A DNA stretch of 64,000 nucleotides from Podarcis gaigeae (Eukaryota): the NCBI GenBank assembly GCA_964106915.2, contig OZ066923.1, one strand, 5' to 3'. Shown in pieces: positions 62,251 through 64,000 of this stretch. The position numbers and the translations under genes were made by a program. Under the pieces are notes generated by a model. That model ran no database searches. It was not told the origin of the DNA and saw only the letters and a list, made by a program, of their open reading frames with translations. The stretch's first letter is position 1, and every line of letters starts with the position of its first letter.

Positions 62251-62861
62251 AGTATTACAGTTGAGAGAAGATAAGGAGGTCTCACTAACCCAAAAGCTAG
62301 TCATAAGTTGTATATTAATAACTGTCAGGCTTTAAAGATGATGTGTTTTATAAAATGGGGTTTCATAATACGTCAAACTGTAGAATGTGTTTAAATAGTA
62401 CGTTCTGTACTTCCTAGTAGCCTCTTTGTGCTTGTCTGCTCCCCAATCTGTGATGGAGGGTTGAATTTGGATGGTTAGAAGCTGCATGGTGACTGCATGG
62501 TTCCTGTACCTAGTGAGGAAGAAATTATCTGTAGCTTCTGATGACACTGCTAAGCCCTAAGACTTTCTGGATTTTTAAGCATTTGCAGAGGGGGAGGAGT
62601 GCTTAAGTGTGTGGTCACAGATTATGAATGGCAACTCCGGTGTCTTAAAACCTTTAAAGTAGCCACTACATTGCCCTAGATATTTGAATTCACCTGTAGT
62701 TTTCCTTCCTCTCAAAATTTTTAATTCTTAAGAAGCAGAATGCATATGGAGTTCTATTGGGCTGTGTAGCAGGGTTTCCTGTAGGTGATAGGCAGATTTA
62801 TTATTATTATGAGCAGCTACGTATTTTTGTTACAACTGTGATTATCAATTTGTCTCCTCAG

Positions 62862-62918
62862 CACAATAAATAAAGACCAGTTTTCTAAAAGGAAAAATGA
62901 TACACTGGACCCTGAACA
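62862..62918 (+). CDS. EP300: p300 exon 21
   Basis: TINKDQFSKRKNDTLDPE, 57 nt, CCTCAG/GTAAGT. Confidence 0.96.
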
Positions 62919-63607
62919 GTAAGTCATGCTTGAGCAGCTCAAATCACTTGTCATTTAAAAAATGAAATAAAGTTTTTTTCACCATTTATTCATTGATTTA
63001 TTTTTGCAGGGGGGTGGGAGGGGTGAGTGGAAGGCTTTAGCATTATTCTCTTAGTTTATCACCTGCAATATTGATGATCTGTTGTACCTTAAGAAAGCAA
63101 ATATTTGCCTGCCTAAGTATAGCCACATAATCTGAGTTTGGGGTAGAAAAGCCTTTGATTACTTTAGTCAATATTACAAAGTTATATTGAATATATTTGT
63201 TTTGAAGTATAAAACATTGACTTCACTTTTTCAAAAGCCTCCCAATCCTCTTTGTAAACATTTAACTGTGCTTTGTCATGTACCTAGTTCTGCCTTCAGA
63301 CTTAGATGTACAGGAATCTTAGTTGCTGTGAATTATTTTAGTAGTGGAATGTAAGAAAAGAGAAGCTATATAATGCATAACTAAAATCAATGTAGACCAT
63401 ATGGGGAGCAGTGGTTTGCATTTGGGCATAGTACACTAGACTGTTGCTGAGAAAAGATACATGTACAGCAGATCAACAGGTTTGAAATTGTACAGTTCTG
63501 AATATTTTGTACTTGGGCTACATAATCTTCAGTTCCAACACATTTTTTCTAAATCAGTTATCTTCAACAACTTCCTGTGTTGCTTATACTTTGATTCTCT
63601 CTTCCAG

Positions 63608-63685
63608 GTTTGTTGAATGTATAGAATGTGGAAGAAAAATGCATCAGATTTGTGTGCTTCACAATGAGACAATCTGGCCATCTGG
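63608..63685 (+). CDS. EP300: p300 exon 22 (PHD)
   Basis: FVECIECGRKMHQICVLHNETIWPS, 78 nt, TTCCAG/GTGGGT. Confidence 0.96.
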
Positions 63686-64000
63686 GTGGGTTGCTTCCTG
63701 CTTTTTCTTTCCTTTTTTCTTACAAAGATGGTAATTTGTTGATGATGTGCTTTTTGTGTACAATTAAAAAAATGACAAAATGACTACAGTTCTATCTGGC
63801 AAGAGTGCTGGTGGTCTAATTTAAAACAGCAACCATGCCAGTTTAAAATTGTTTTTCTAAAACGCTTGCCATTAAGTTGCTATTTTCAAGTCAGTTGATA
63901 AACTTGCCCTCTTAATAGACATTTGTTAACATGCTCCTATGTAATATCAATGCTGCCTTTAGAGGGGCTTTCTACAACTCAGATCCCAGGAACCTTGATT

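Overview
Vertebrate genomic DNA from a squamate reptile, probably a lacertid lizard (inferred from the Sauria-type SINE and the L2, hAT and Tc1/mariner MITE repertoire). The window holds the CpG-island promoter and coding exons 1-22 of EP300 (p300 acetyltransferase) on the + strand, from ATG 5328 to exon 22 ending at 63685. All 22 exons have GT-AG ends and join in frame (3887 nt). They encode the TAZ1, KIX, bromo, RING and most of the PHD domains; the HAT domain and C-terminus lie beyond the window. Introns carry L2, CR1 and Penelope fragments, a Sauria SINE, and several hAT and Tc1/mariner (Tigger-like) MITEs. Main observations: (1) a splicing-control module in intron 19, comprising a 347-nt AG-exclusion zone with a distant branch point, tandem acceptors adding SSPKYGLLAD to the RING domain, and a candidate poison exon; (2) a ~1.5-kb 5' leader with a start-stop ATGTGA, uORFs and an ATG-less acidic frame; (3) a 1.36-kb young MITE built almost entirely from nested palindromes; (4) substitutions at normally conserved KIX residues; (5) a possible divergent signal-peptide gene or pseudogene with an in-frame TGA at the left edge. 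Comparisons with human EP300 and TE consensus sequences are from memory and need alignment.
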